Source: an uncultured Acidimicrobiales bacterium
GTDB lineage: Bacteria; Actinomycetota; Acidimicrobiia; Acidimicrobiales; CAWCAL01
Length of the DNA: 64,000 nucleotides
NCBI GenBank assembly: GCA_963697385.1
Contig: CAVONU010000006.1
Span: 213,659-277,658 of the forward strand
Direction: 5' to 3'
The notes below the pieces were generated by a model that was given only the letters and a program-made list of their open reading frames with translations, was not told where the DNA came from and searched no databases. This document shows positions 39,055 through 47,227 of the stretch, piece after piece. How positions within the stretch are numbered: the first letter of the stretch is position 1; each line of letters opens with the position of its first letter. A program made the translations under genes and the position numbers.

Positions 39055-40071
39055 GTGACCGTCCTGTTCCTGTCGCACGACCTCTTCTCGCAGCACGAGA
39101 CGCCGACGAGCCATCCCGAACGGCCGGCGCGACTCCAAGCGGTCCAGCGCGCCATCGAACGCTTCGATCTGACCGAGGCGCTCACCCGGATCACCCCGCG
39201 CCGTGCCGGCCAGGACGAGATGGAACGGGTCCACCGACGAGGGCTCGTCGAGGGTCTGGCCCGTCTCGCCGAAGGCGGAGGAGGCCCCATCGACGCGGAC
39301 ACATCGGCGTCGGCCGACTCCTACGATGCCGCTGCCCACGCCGCGGGGGCGGGGCTCGACGCGATCGAGCGCATCACCGCCGGTGAGGCCCGACGGGCCT
39401 TCTGCGCCGTGCGCCCACCCGGGCACCACGCCACTCCCAGCCGTTCGATGGGGTTCTGCCTGCTCAACAACGTGGGGATCACGGCGGCCAGCCTGGCCGA
39501 GCGCGGCGAGCGCGTGGCGATCGTCGACATCGACGCCCACCACGGCAACGGGACCCAGGACGCGTTCTACGAGGACGACCGTGTGCTCTTCTGCTCGCTC
39601 CACCAGTGGCCGCTCTATCCCGGGACCGGCGCGGCCGACGAGATCGGCGAGGGACCGGGACGGGGCAGCAACCTCAACATCCCGCTGCCGGCGGGTGCCA
39701 CCGGTGACACCTACCGGTTCGCGATCGAGGCCATCGTCGCCCCGGCGGTCGAGGCGTTCGGTGCCACCTGGCTCCTGGTCTCCGCCGGGTTCGACGGTCA
39801 TCGTGACGATCCGCTGACCGGGCTGGGTCTCACCTCCGGCGACATCGCTTCGATCAGCCAGGACCTGCTTCTGCTCGCGGGCGAGCGCCCGTCGATCTGG
39901 TTCCTCGAGGGCGGCTACGACCTCGACGCCCTGACGGCGTCCGCCGGAGCGTGTCTCGGCGCTCTTGTCGGTGAGCGGGTCGTTCCCGAGTCCGAGACGG
40001 CCGAGGGGCCGGGACGCGACGTGGTGACCGCGGTGCGGGCCGTCCACCACGCGGCCATCGATGACGCCTGA
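39055..40071 (+). CDS. Histone deacetylase family (class II HDAC/AcuC-like) amidohydrolase
   Basis: Motifs ..HPERPARL.., ..RPPGHHA.., DIDAHHGNGTQ and ..GFDGH.. Start set at GTG 39055. The track ORF begins at 38983. Confidence 0.85.
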   Translation: MTVLFLSHDLFSQHETPTSHPERPARLQAVQRAIERFDLTEALTRITPRRAGQDEMERVHRRGLVEGLARLAEGGGGPIDADTSASADSYDAAAHAAGAGLDAIERITAGEARRAFCAVRPPGHHATPSRSMGFCLLNNVGITAASLAERGERVAIVDIDAHHGNGTQDAFYEDDRVLFCSLHQWPLYPGTGAADEIGEGPGRGSNLNIPLPAGATGDTYRFAIEAIVAPAVEAFGATWLLVSAGFDGHRDDPLTGLGLTSGDIASISQDLLLLAGERPSIWFLEGGYDLDALTASAGACLGALVGERVVPESETAEGPGRDVVTAVRAVHHAAIDDA

Positions 40072-41365
40072 TCTCGAGGCGCTCCGCCCGATCGTCGACG
40101 AGCTTGATCCCGTCGTCGACGCGTTCGTGGCGGGCGGCTTCGAGTTGTTCGTGGTGGGTGGGCTGGTACGCGATCTGGCCGGGCGCCGACCGGTCGAGCT
40201 GGTCGACATCGATCTCGCCACCGATGCCGAGCCCGATCGGGTGCGGTCGCTTCTGCGTGGCCGGGTCGATTCGCTCTGGCGGCAGGGGGAGCGGTTCGGC
40301 ACCATCGGCGTGGCGGTCGGCACGCGCAAGGTCGAGATCACCACCTACCGGGCCGAGGTGTATCACCCCGACAGCAGGAAGCCGGCGGTTCGGTTCTCGC
40401 AGGACCTCGGCACGGATCTGAGTCGCCGGGACTTCACCATCAATGCGATGGCGGCGACGCTCCCCGACCTGCAGCTGGTCGATCCGTTCGATGGGATGGG
40501 TGACCTCCGCGCCGGCATCCTGCGGACACCGTTGGACCCGGCGATCTCGTTCGATGACGATCCGCTCCGGATGCTGCGCGGCGCCCGCTTCGTGGCGACA
40601 CTGAACCTGGTGCCCGTCGGGGGGCTCGTCGATGCCATGGCGCAGCGCCGCGATCGGCTCGAGATCGTCTCGGCGGAGCGGATCGGCGACGAGGTGCTGA
40701 AGCTCCTGAGCGTTTCGACCCCCGGCCGCGGGTTGGGTCTTCTCGACCGGGCCGGTCTTCTCGAGGCGGTCGTGCCCGAATACGCGGGCATCGCCGAGGG
40801 CCATCGCGTCGTCGACACGGCCATGGTCGACGCGGTGGGGCCCGATCCTCTGTGGCGGCTCGCTGCGATCTACGCCTTCCTCGACCCCGGCGCGGTCGGA
40901 CGGGCGGGTGATCGACTGCGCATGCCCCGCACCGATCGACGTCGGCTGCGAGCGATCACGGACGCCATCGTGATCGGCGCCGACATGGATGCGGTCGATC
41001 TGCCCAGGTCTCGACAGCTGGCCGCCATGGTCGGCGCCGAGCGCGGCCACCTGGCCGGCGTGCTGCGGGCGCGTGCGAACGCGATCGAAACGTTCGCCAC
41101 CGACGGCGAGTCGGCTCGGCTCCGTCGCGCCGCCGCGTCGGTCGATGCGGGCTGGACCGACCTCGCCGACGAGGATCTCTTCGATCTCGGACCGGGGTTG
41201 TCGGGCGAGCAGGTCATGCAGGAACTCGGTCTCGAACCGGGTCCCGAGGTGGGTCGAGCCCTCGGCTGGCTCGAGCGGCTGCGCTTCCGGGAGGGTGCGC
41301 AGTCCGAGGCCCAGCTGCGGGACCGACTTCGCACCTGGTGGGGACGCGGGGAAAGCGACCAGTAG
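40061..41365 (+). CDS. CCA tRNA nucleotidyltransferase / poly(A) polymerase family (PcnA-like)
   Basis: 434 aa. Motifs VVGGLVRDL...DIDLAT and RRDFTINAMA. Overlaps the HDAC gene end by 11 nt. Confidence 0.9.
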   Translation: MTPDLEALRPIVDELDPVVDAFVAGGFELFVVGGLVRDLAGRRPVELVDIDLATDAEPDRVRSLLRGRVDSLWRQGERFGTIGVAVGTRKVEITTYRAEVYHPDSRKPAVRFSQDLGTDLSRRDFTINAMAATLPDLQLVDPFDGMGDLRAGILRTPLDPAISFDDDPLRMLRGARFVATLNLVPVGGLVDAMAQRRDRLEIVSAERIGDEVLKLLSVSTPGRGLGLLDRAGLLEAVVPEYAGIAEGHRVVDTAMVDAVGPDPLWRLAAIYAFLDPGAVGRAGDRLRMPRTDRRRLRAITDAIVIGADMDAVDLPRSRQLAAMVGAERGHLAGVLRARANAIETFATDGESARLRRAAASVDAGWTDLADEDLFDLGPGLSGEQVMQELGLEPGPEVGRALGWLERLRFREGAQSEAQLRDRLRTWWGRGESDQ

Positions 41366-41374
41366 CCTCTCGTC

Positions 41375-41779
41375 GTGGCCATCGACTTCCACGCCGCGCA
41401 GGCGACCGCCAACGGTTCCGGCACCGTCGACTACCGGCTCGCTCGCGCGTCGGTGCTCCGTCAGTACGAGGCCGGCGAGGTCAGCGCCATCGACATCTGC
41501 GACATCCATCCGGAACTGCGCCGAGCCGCCATCAACGTGGCCGATCCGATCGACGAGCTCTGCCCGGTCTGCGAGGACGACGATCTCCGGTTGGTCTCGT
41601 ACGTGTTCGGGCCCCGCTTGCCGAAGAGCGGCCGATGCATCTCGCGGGAGACCGAGCTGGAGCGCATCGATCAGCGCAAGGGTGTGTTCACGCAGTACGT
41701 GGTGGAGGTGTGTCCGAGTTGCTCGTGGAACCACCTTCGGCGGGCCCACCGCCTGGGCCAGGGGTCACGGACGGGCTGA
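41375..41779 (+). CDS. DUF5318-like 4-Cys protein
   Basis: 134 aa. Motifs ..DYRLARASVLRQYEAG.., CPVC...CPSC. Conserved actinobacterial neighbour of pcnA (from memory). Confidence 0.7.
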   Translation: MAIDFHAAQATANGSGTVDYRLARASVLRQYEAGEVSAIDICDIHPELRRAAINVADPIDELCPVCEDDDLRLVSYVFGPRLPKSGRCISRETELERIDQRKGVFTQYVVEVCPSCSWNHLRRAHRLGQGSRTG

Positions 41780-41963
41780 TCTGGCCGTCGGGCACCACTT
41801 CGTGCGGGTAGTGATCGAGGCAGACCACGCACCACCACTCGATCTCGGCGACGACCGTGACCTTCGGATCCGCGTCCCACGCCTCGGGTTGGACGTAGAC
41901 GCGTCGGACGGCATGGAGTGGCTCGCCGTCGCGGGCACACGACTGACAGGGGCCGGGAGTCAC
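41688..41963 (-). CDS. Small 4-Cys (CxxC...CxxC) hypothetical protein
   Basis: GTG start. MTPGPCQSCARDGEPLHAVRRVYVQPEAWDADPKVTVVAEIEWWCVVCLDHYPHE.. has high GC3. The low-complexity tail overlaps the 3' end of the convergent DUF5318 gene by 92 nt. Confidence 0.4.
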   Translation of the reverse strand: MTPGPCQSCARDGEPLHAVRRVYVQPEAWDADPKVTVVAEIEWWCVVCLDHYPHEVVPDGQISPSVTPGPGGGPAEGGSTSNSDTPPPRTA

Positions 41964-42086
41964 GGTTCGAGACTACCGGCGCCCAGCCGGGGCCGGTCTC
42001 CCTCTGGGCTCGGGGGTTCCGAACCGGTATACTCACGCTCACGGCCGGCAGCCATGTGGCGCTGGACTGACAGAGGAGGCCTCCCG

Positions 42087-42944
42087 ATGGCTTCGACCAA
42101 GATCACCGCGCCGGCGATCGCCGAGCGGAAAGTGGCCAAGGGTCACGACCCGCTCGTGATGCTCACCGCCTACGACGCGCCCAGCGGCCGTCTCGCCGAC
42201 GAGGCGGGCGCCGACATGCTCCTCGTGGGGGACTCGGTGGCGATGGTCGTGCTCGGCTACGACGACACCCTGTCGGTGACCGTGGACGATCTCGCCCATC
42301 ACACGGCGGCGGTGGCCCGGACCCGACCCAATGCCCTGATCGTGGGGGACCTCCCCTGGATGAGCTACCACGTGTCCGAGGCCGAGACGGTGCAGAACGC
42401 CGCGAAGCTGATTCGCGCCGGGGCCGAATCGGTGAAGCTCGAGGGCGGCCGCAAGCGCCTGCCCATGATCGAGTGCATCATCGATGCGGAGATCCCGGTG
42501 ATGGGCCATCTGGGTCTCACGCCGCAGTCCATCCACGCGATGGGTGGGTTCAAGGTGCAGGGTCGCGAGCACGAGGCGGCGCTGGCCATGGTCGACGATG
42601 CGAAAGCCCTCGCCGCGGCCGGTTGTTTCGCCGTCGTTCTCGAGGGCATCCCCACCGAGGTGGCCGCATTGGTGACCAGCGCGATCGACGTGCCGACCAT
42701 CGGGATCGGCGCCGGACCCGACTGCGACGGTCAGGTGCTGGTGTACCACGACGTGTTGGGCATCGAGGACCGGATTCACCCCAAGTTCGTGCGGCGTTAC
42801 GCGGACCTGAAATCGGCGTCGGTCGAGGCGCTGGGGCACTTCGTGGCCGACGTGCGGTCGGGCGATTTCCCCGGTCCCGACGAGTCGTATCACCTGCCGG
42901 CTGATCAGGCCGAGTCCCTGGCTCTGTACGGCGCCGGCTCGTAG
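42087..42944 (+). CDS. panB: 3-methyl-2-oxobutanoate hydroxymethyltransferase
   Basis: ATG 42087 with GAGGAGG upstream. Motifs MLTAYD, LLVGDS, VKLEGG and GHLGLTPQ. Confidence 0.95.
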   Translation: MASTKITAPAIAERKVAKGHDPLVMLTAYDAPSGRLADEAGADMLLVGDSVAMVVLGYDDTLSVTVDDLAHHTAAVARTRPNALIVGDLPWMSYHVSEAETVQNAAKLIRAGAESVKLEGGRKRLPMIECIIDAEIPVMGHLGLTPQSIHAMGGFKVQGREHEAALAMVDDAKALAAAGCFAVVLEGIPTEVAALVTSAIDVPTIGIGAGPDCDGQVLVYHDVLGIEDRIHPKFVRRYADLKSASVEALGHFVADVRSGDFPGPDESYHLPADQAESLALYGAGS

Positions 42945-42981
42945 CGCACCATCCACCCGGTGAGGGTGGACCGCTTCCGGC

Positions 42982-43782
42982 TCAGGTCAGTTCGACGAAC
43001 TCGACCTCGTAGGCGGCCGGCCAGTTCTTGCCGGTCAGGCGGAATCGATCCGTCTCGGGATCGTGGGCGATGCCGTTGAGGACCCCCGCTGAGGCCGGCC
43101 GATCCAAGGAGCCCGCGTCGATCACCGCGTCGACCCGTCCGGTCGACGGATCGATCCGGACGATCTGATCGGTACGCCAGATGTTGGCGTAGACCGCCCC
43201 GTCGACGCACTCCAGCTCGTTGAGGGCGGAGATCGGGGTGCCGCCATTCGTGACCTCGACCGTCCCGTTCACGTCGAACGTCGCGGCGTCGCGGAACGTG
43301 AGTCGAGAGGATCCGTCGCTCATCACCAGGCGGTCACCGTCGTGGCAGAGCCCCCATCCTTCGCCCTCGTAGGTGAGCTCGTCGACGACCGTGAGGGTGG
43401 CGAGGTCGTAGACGAGGGCGCGACCGGCCTTCCAGGTCAGTTGGATGAGGCGGCCATCGACGTGGGCCAGGCCTTCGCCGAAGAGCTCGGCATCCAGGTC
43501 GGTCGAGCGGAGGACGTCGCCGCTTTCGGGCGCGACTTGGAGGAGCTGGGAACGTCCGTAACGGCCGGTGCTCTCGTAGAGATCACCGTCGGCGAAGACC
43601 AGTCCCTGGGTGAAGGCCCCTGCTTCATGTGCAATCGTGGTGTGAATCTCGACGGTCAGCTGTGCGACCCCCGGCGCGGGCGGGACGGTCTCGATCGGCG
43701 TTGCGTCGTTCGGGGAGCGGCACGCGGTGCCGGTGAGCAGCAAGGCGACCGTGACACCCAGGATTCTGTGGGGGAGTGGCAT
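42982..43782 (-). CDS. Glutaminyl-peptide cyclotransferase (beta-propeller type), lipoprotein
   Basis: Internal ATG 43782 of the track ORF. Lipobox LLTGTAC. Motifs ..AFTQGLVF..LYESTG.YG.S.., ..GEGL.., ..EGWGL.., ..LNELE...G.VYANIW. Confidence 0.85.
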   Translation of the reverse strand: MPLPHRILGVTVALLLTGTACRSPNDATPIETVPPAPGVAQLTVEIHTTIAHEAGAFTQGLVFADGDLYESTGRYGRSQLLQVAPESGDVLRSTDLDAELFGEGLAHVDGRLIQLTWKAGRALVYDLATLTVVDELTYEGEGWGLCHDGDRLVMSDGSSRLTFRDAATFDVNGTVEVTNGGTPISALNELECVDGAVYANIWRTDQIVRIDPSTGRVDAVIDAGSLDRPASAGVLNGIAHDPETDRFRLTGKNWPAAYEVEFVELT

Positions 43783-43925
43783 CGAGTCGATAGCCTTGCA
43801 CGGCTGGGCAATAGTCCCCACGCATCTAGATGGCGGCGTATCGGTTCGGTATCGTCGGAAGTAGAAGGCAAGGACGGGACTATTTTCCCGTGGGCGAGGC
43901 GGCAGTGGAAACCAGGGAGACGACA

Positions 43926-44534
43926 GTGACGGCATCGGTCCCCGGTGCGCGCATGCATCGTTGGCACGTGCCGCGGGTGGTGGTGTCGGGTCGACGGGTG
44001 TCGGTCATGGTCTCCCTCACCGTGCTGGCAGCGACCGCGCTGTCGGCCGGGATCGCCGGCCTGACCAGCGGCGTCGGTGTGGCTCTTCTGGTGGTCGCCC
44101 TGTTGCTGGTCTACCTCATCGCCACCCAGATGACCGTGGTGCCACTGATCGACGACCATGTCCTCGCCACCGTCGGATTGGCAGAGATCGATCGCGAGCT
44201 CGCACGGGCCCGGCGATTCGAACGCCCGTTCGCCGTCGCCCGCATCTCGTTCGGCCCGGGCGTCAGCTCCGTGGGTGTCGGCGAGACGATCGAACAGATT
44301 GCTCGGCGGTTCGATCGGTACTTCTTCGACGGACGCGAGGAAGTGCTGCTCCTCATGCCCGAGACCCCGGTCGATCTGGCCCAACGGGTCACCGAACGGG
44401 TCGCTGCCGGTGTCCTCTCGATGGGAGCCGACCACGTCGCGGTCGGGGTGGCTGGGTTTCCCGGCCCGTGCACGTCAGCGTCGGACCTGCTCGATGCGGC
44501 CGCTCCCGCTCGGCCCATGGCGGGGCAGGCGTGA
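43926..44534 (+). CDS. Membrane-anchored protein with degenerate GGDEF-like domain (GREEV in place of GGDEF, RxxD retained)
   Basis: Start set at GTG 43926 (GGGAG 6 nt upstream). The track ORF starts at 43830. Two TM helices, then ...ELARARRFERPFAVARISF...IARRFDRYFFDGREEVLLLMPET...VGVAGFP. Confidence 0.6.
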   Translation: MTASVPGARMHRWHVPRVVVSGRRVSVMVSLTVLAATALSAGIAGLTSGVGVALLVVALLLVYLIATQMTVVPLIDDHVLATVGLAEIDRELARARRFERPFAVARISFGPGVSSVGVGETIEQIARRFDRYFFDGREEVLLLMPETPVDLAQRVTERVAAGVLSMGADHVAVGVAGFPGPCTSASDLLDAAAPARPMAGQA

Positions 44535-45304
44535 CCATCGCCCTCGACCGCGCCGCGCTCCTCGAGCCCCGGAAGGTCGACGAGTTCCGGTCGGATGTGG
44601 GCGTCTCCGGCGCCGTCGACGAGATGGACCCGTCCGTGGTACCGGCCCTGGAGCTCAGTCCCGAGATTCAACGGTTCCCCATGGTGGTCCGGGGTCGCAA
44701 GATGACCGGCTACGGGGTCGCCAAGCGGGCGCTCGATCTCCTCGCCGTGCTCGTGATGGCCCCCGTGGCGTTGGTCGTCGTCGGCGTGGCCATCGCCGTC
44801 AACAAGCTCCAGGACCGGTCGGCGCCAGCGTTCCACGCGCAGGAACGCACCGGTGCCGGGGGCCGGCGCTTCCGCTTGTTCAAGATCCGCACCATGGTGG
44901 CCAACGCGGAAGCGATGAAGGCCGAACTGATGCACCTCAACACGCGGACCTACCCCGACTTCAAGGTCGACGACGATCCGCGGATCACCGGGATCGGGCG
45001 GATCCTTCGGGCCACCAGCCTGGACGAGCTCCCGCAGCTGTGGAACGTGCTTCGGGGCGACATGACCCTGGTCGGCCCCCGGCCCACGACCCTCCCGCCC
45101 GAGGCGTACGCGTCGTGGCAGACCGAGCGGTTCGAGGTGCGGCCGGGACTGACGGGGCTGTGGCAGCTCGACGGGCGCGATTCCCCATCGTTCGTCGAAC
45201 GGGCCCGGCTGGACATCGCCTACGTGCGGCGCCGATCGCTGCGGCTCGACCTCTACATTCTCCTGAGGACCATCCCAGCCGTCCTCGGAGGACGAGGTGA
45301 ATGA
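44531..45304 (+). CDS. Polyprenyl-phosphate sugar-1-phosphate transferase (WbaP/EpsL-type bacterial sugar transferase)
   Basis: GTGA overlap with the upstream gene. Motifs KRALDLL.., FKIRTM, DPRIT..GR.LR..SLDELPQL.NVL.G.M.LVGPRP. Confidence 0.85.
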   Translation: MTIALDRAALLEPRKVDEFRSDVGVSGAVDEMDPSVVPALELSPEIQRFPMVVRGRKMTGYGVAKRALDLLAVLVMAPVALVVVGVAIAVNKLQDRSAPAFHAQERTGAGGRRFRLFKIRTMVANAEAMKAELMHLNTRTYPDFKVDDDPRITGIGRILRATSLDELPQLWNVLRGDMTLVGPRPTTLPPEAYASWQTERFEVRPGLTGLWQLDGRDSPSFVERARLDIAYVRRRSLRLDLYILLRTIPAVLGGRGE

Positions 45305-46559
45305 CGAACGACCTCGGATCGCATACCTGGTGTCCCGGTTTCCTCACTTCACCGAGACCTTCATCGTCCGGGAGATCCACGAGGTCCTGAGCGCCGGTCC
45401 CGAGGTGTCGATCTACGCGCTCCGGGATTTCGAACAAGATGCGGTGCAACCGGCGGCACGAGCACTGCTTCCCCGGGTGACCTGGGGCAACCGGCTCCCC
45501 GTGAGCGAGATGATCTGGGCCATCGCCGGATGGCTGGTCCGCCGACCGATCCGCACCCTCGGTGTGTGGGCGTCGGCCATCGCCGGGAACCTTCGGTCAC
45601 CGAAGTTCCTGGGTCGGACCATCGTGGCGCTGCCCGCCGCCATGACGTTCGCCCGGCGGATGGAACGCGACGGCGTCCAGCACATCCACGCCCACTGGGC
45701 GACCCACCCGGCGCTGGCCGCGTGGGCGATCCGCCGCCTGACGGGGATTCCCTACTCGGTGACCGTGCACGCGCACGACCTCTACGTCGAGCGGCCCATG
45801 ATCGAGCGGAAGCTGGGCGAGGCCGAGACCGTGGTCACCATCTCGGAGTTCAACCGGCGGATGCTCACCGAGATCCATCCGCCCCTGGCGGGAACGCTCC
45901 ACGTGATCCCCTGCGGGGTCCGGCTCGACGACTTCGCTTCCGGTGCACGAGCCGCCGGCCGGGTGGTCTGCGTCGGGAGCCTCCAGGAGTACAAGGGTCA
46001 GCGCTATCTGATCGAGGCGGCGCGGATGCTCCGCGACGAAGGTCGGGAGCTGTCGGTGGTGCTCGTGGGAGACGGCGAACTCCGGCCCGAGTTGGAAGCT
46101 CAGGTGGCCGGTCTCGGTCTCGGTTCGGTCGTGGAGTTCGCCGGCCACCAACCGACCGAGCGCATCACCGAGCTCCTGGCCACCGCCACCGTGGTCGTTC
46201 AGCCCAGCGTCGTGACGGCCAGCGGGAAGATGGAGGGGGTGCCCGTGGCGCTGATGGAGGCCCTGGCGAGCGAGGCCGCGGTGGTGGCGACCGACATCTC
46301 GGGGATCTCCGAGCTGGTGATCGACGGCGAGACCGGGCGGCTGGTGCCACCGCGGGACGCCGCTGCGCTCGCCGAGGCAATGGCCGGTCTGCTCGACGAC
46401 GAGGCGCTGCGCGGCCGGCTGGGAGCCGCGGGGCGCGGCCACGTCGCGTCCTCCTACGATCTCCAGCACAACGCGGCCCGGCTCGTCCGATTGCTCACAG
46501 CGAGTCCGATCCCTGCCGACGGAGCGAACGAGGCCGTGATCGAAGGAGCTACCTCGTGA
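45297..46559 (+). CDS. Glycosyltransferase family 4
   Basis: 420 aa. Motifs IAYLVSRFP..TETF and the C-terminal EGVPVALMEALA (E-x7-E). Overlaps the upstream gene by 8 nt. Confidence 0.85.
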   Translation: MNDERPRIAYLVSRFPHFTETFIVREIHEVLSAGPEVSIYALRDFEQDAVQPAARALLPRVTWGNRLPVSEMIWAIAGWLVRRPIRTLGVWASAIAGNLRSPKFLGRTIVALPAAMTFARRMERDGVQHIHAHWATHPALAAWAIRRLTGIPYSVTVHAHDLYVERPMIERKLGEAETVVTISEFNRRMLTEIHPPLAGTLHVIPCGVRLDDFASGARAAGRVVCVGSLQEYKGQRYLIEAARMLRDEGRELSVVLVGDGELRPELEAQVAGLGLGSVVEFAGHQPTERITELLATATVVVQPSVVTASGKMEGVPVALMEALASEAAVVATDISGISELVIDGETGRLVPPRDAAALAEAMAGLLDDEALRGRLGAAGRGHVASSYDLQHNAARLVRLLTASPIPADGANEAVIEGATS

Positions 46560-47227
46560 CCCTCGGGAGCGCGCTGCGCGCCGTCAAGCACAACTGGCAC
46601 ATCGTGGCGGTCTGCATCGTGGCCGCACTGGTCGCGGCGACGGTCCTCGACCTGACCAGCGACGATCAGTACACGAGTGAGCAGCGATTGATCATCGGAC
46701 CGTCGTCCGCCCTCTCCATCGAGGAGGCGCTCAACAGCCTGGACGTGCTCAGCCGGCGGTCGATCCCCAACGATCTGGCCGAGATCGTCACCAGTGTCGA
46801 CGTCGTGACCGAAGCCGCTCGCGCCGCGGACGTCGACGGCGACCTCTCGCGCTACGAGACCGACGCCCGGGTCGCGATCGACGCCAACGTCGTGATCGTC
46901 TCGGTGTCGGGTCCCGATCCGAACGTGACGACCGCGCTGGCCGACGCCCTCAGCGTGGCCAGTGCGGCTTCGTTCGAACGGCTGTATCGACCCTACGAGG
47001 TCGAGGTACTCGACGGCGCCGAGGTGCCGTCGGAGCCGGGCGGTCTCTCGCTGTTCACCACCCTGCTCGCCGCGGCGATCGCCGGAGCGCTGCTCGGGAT
47101 GGTGATCGCCGTGGGACGCGCTGCAGCCGAGGACGCCGACGCACCGATGGGCGACGGTGATCTCCTCTGGGACCCCGAGCCGGTCCAGCCCGACCCGGAG
47201 ATGCGGCCGACGACGCGACAGCGATGA
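46556..47227 (+). CDS. Short Wzz-like polysaccharide co-polymerase / chain-length determinant (two TM, no kinase domain)
   Basis: GTG 46556 overlaps the upstream stop (GTGA), with GAAGGAG 7 nt upstream. N- and C-terminal TM helices flank a ~150-aa loop. The assignment is tentative. Confidence 0.55.
   Translation: MTLGSALRAVKHNWHIVAVCIVAALVAATVLDLTSDDQYTSEQRLIIGPSSALSIEEALNSLDVLSRRSIPNDLAEIVTSVDVVTEAARAADVDGDLSRYETDARVAIDANVVIVSVSGPDPNVTTALADALSVASAASFERLYRPYEVEVLDGAEVPSEPGGLSLFTTLLAAAIAGALLGMVIAVGRAAAEDADAPMGDGDLLWDPEPVQPDPEMRPTTRQR

Noticed and set aside
41941-42075. Direct repeat GACTGACAG(G/A)GG at 41941 and 42065 flanking the panB upstream region, considered as a possible insertion scar
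   Set aside because: The first copy lies within the coding start of the small Cys4 ORF (codons P-C-Q-S). At 12 bp with one mismatch and no other mobile-element features, it is likely chance.
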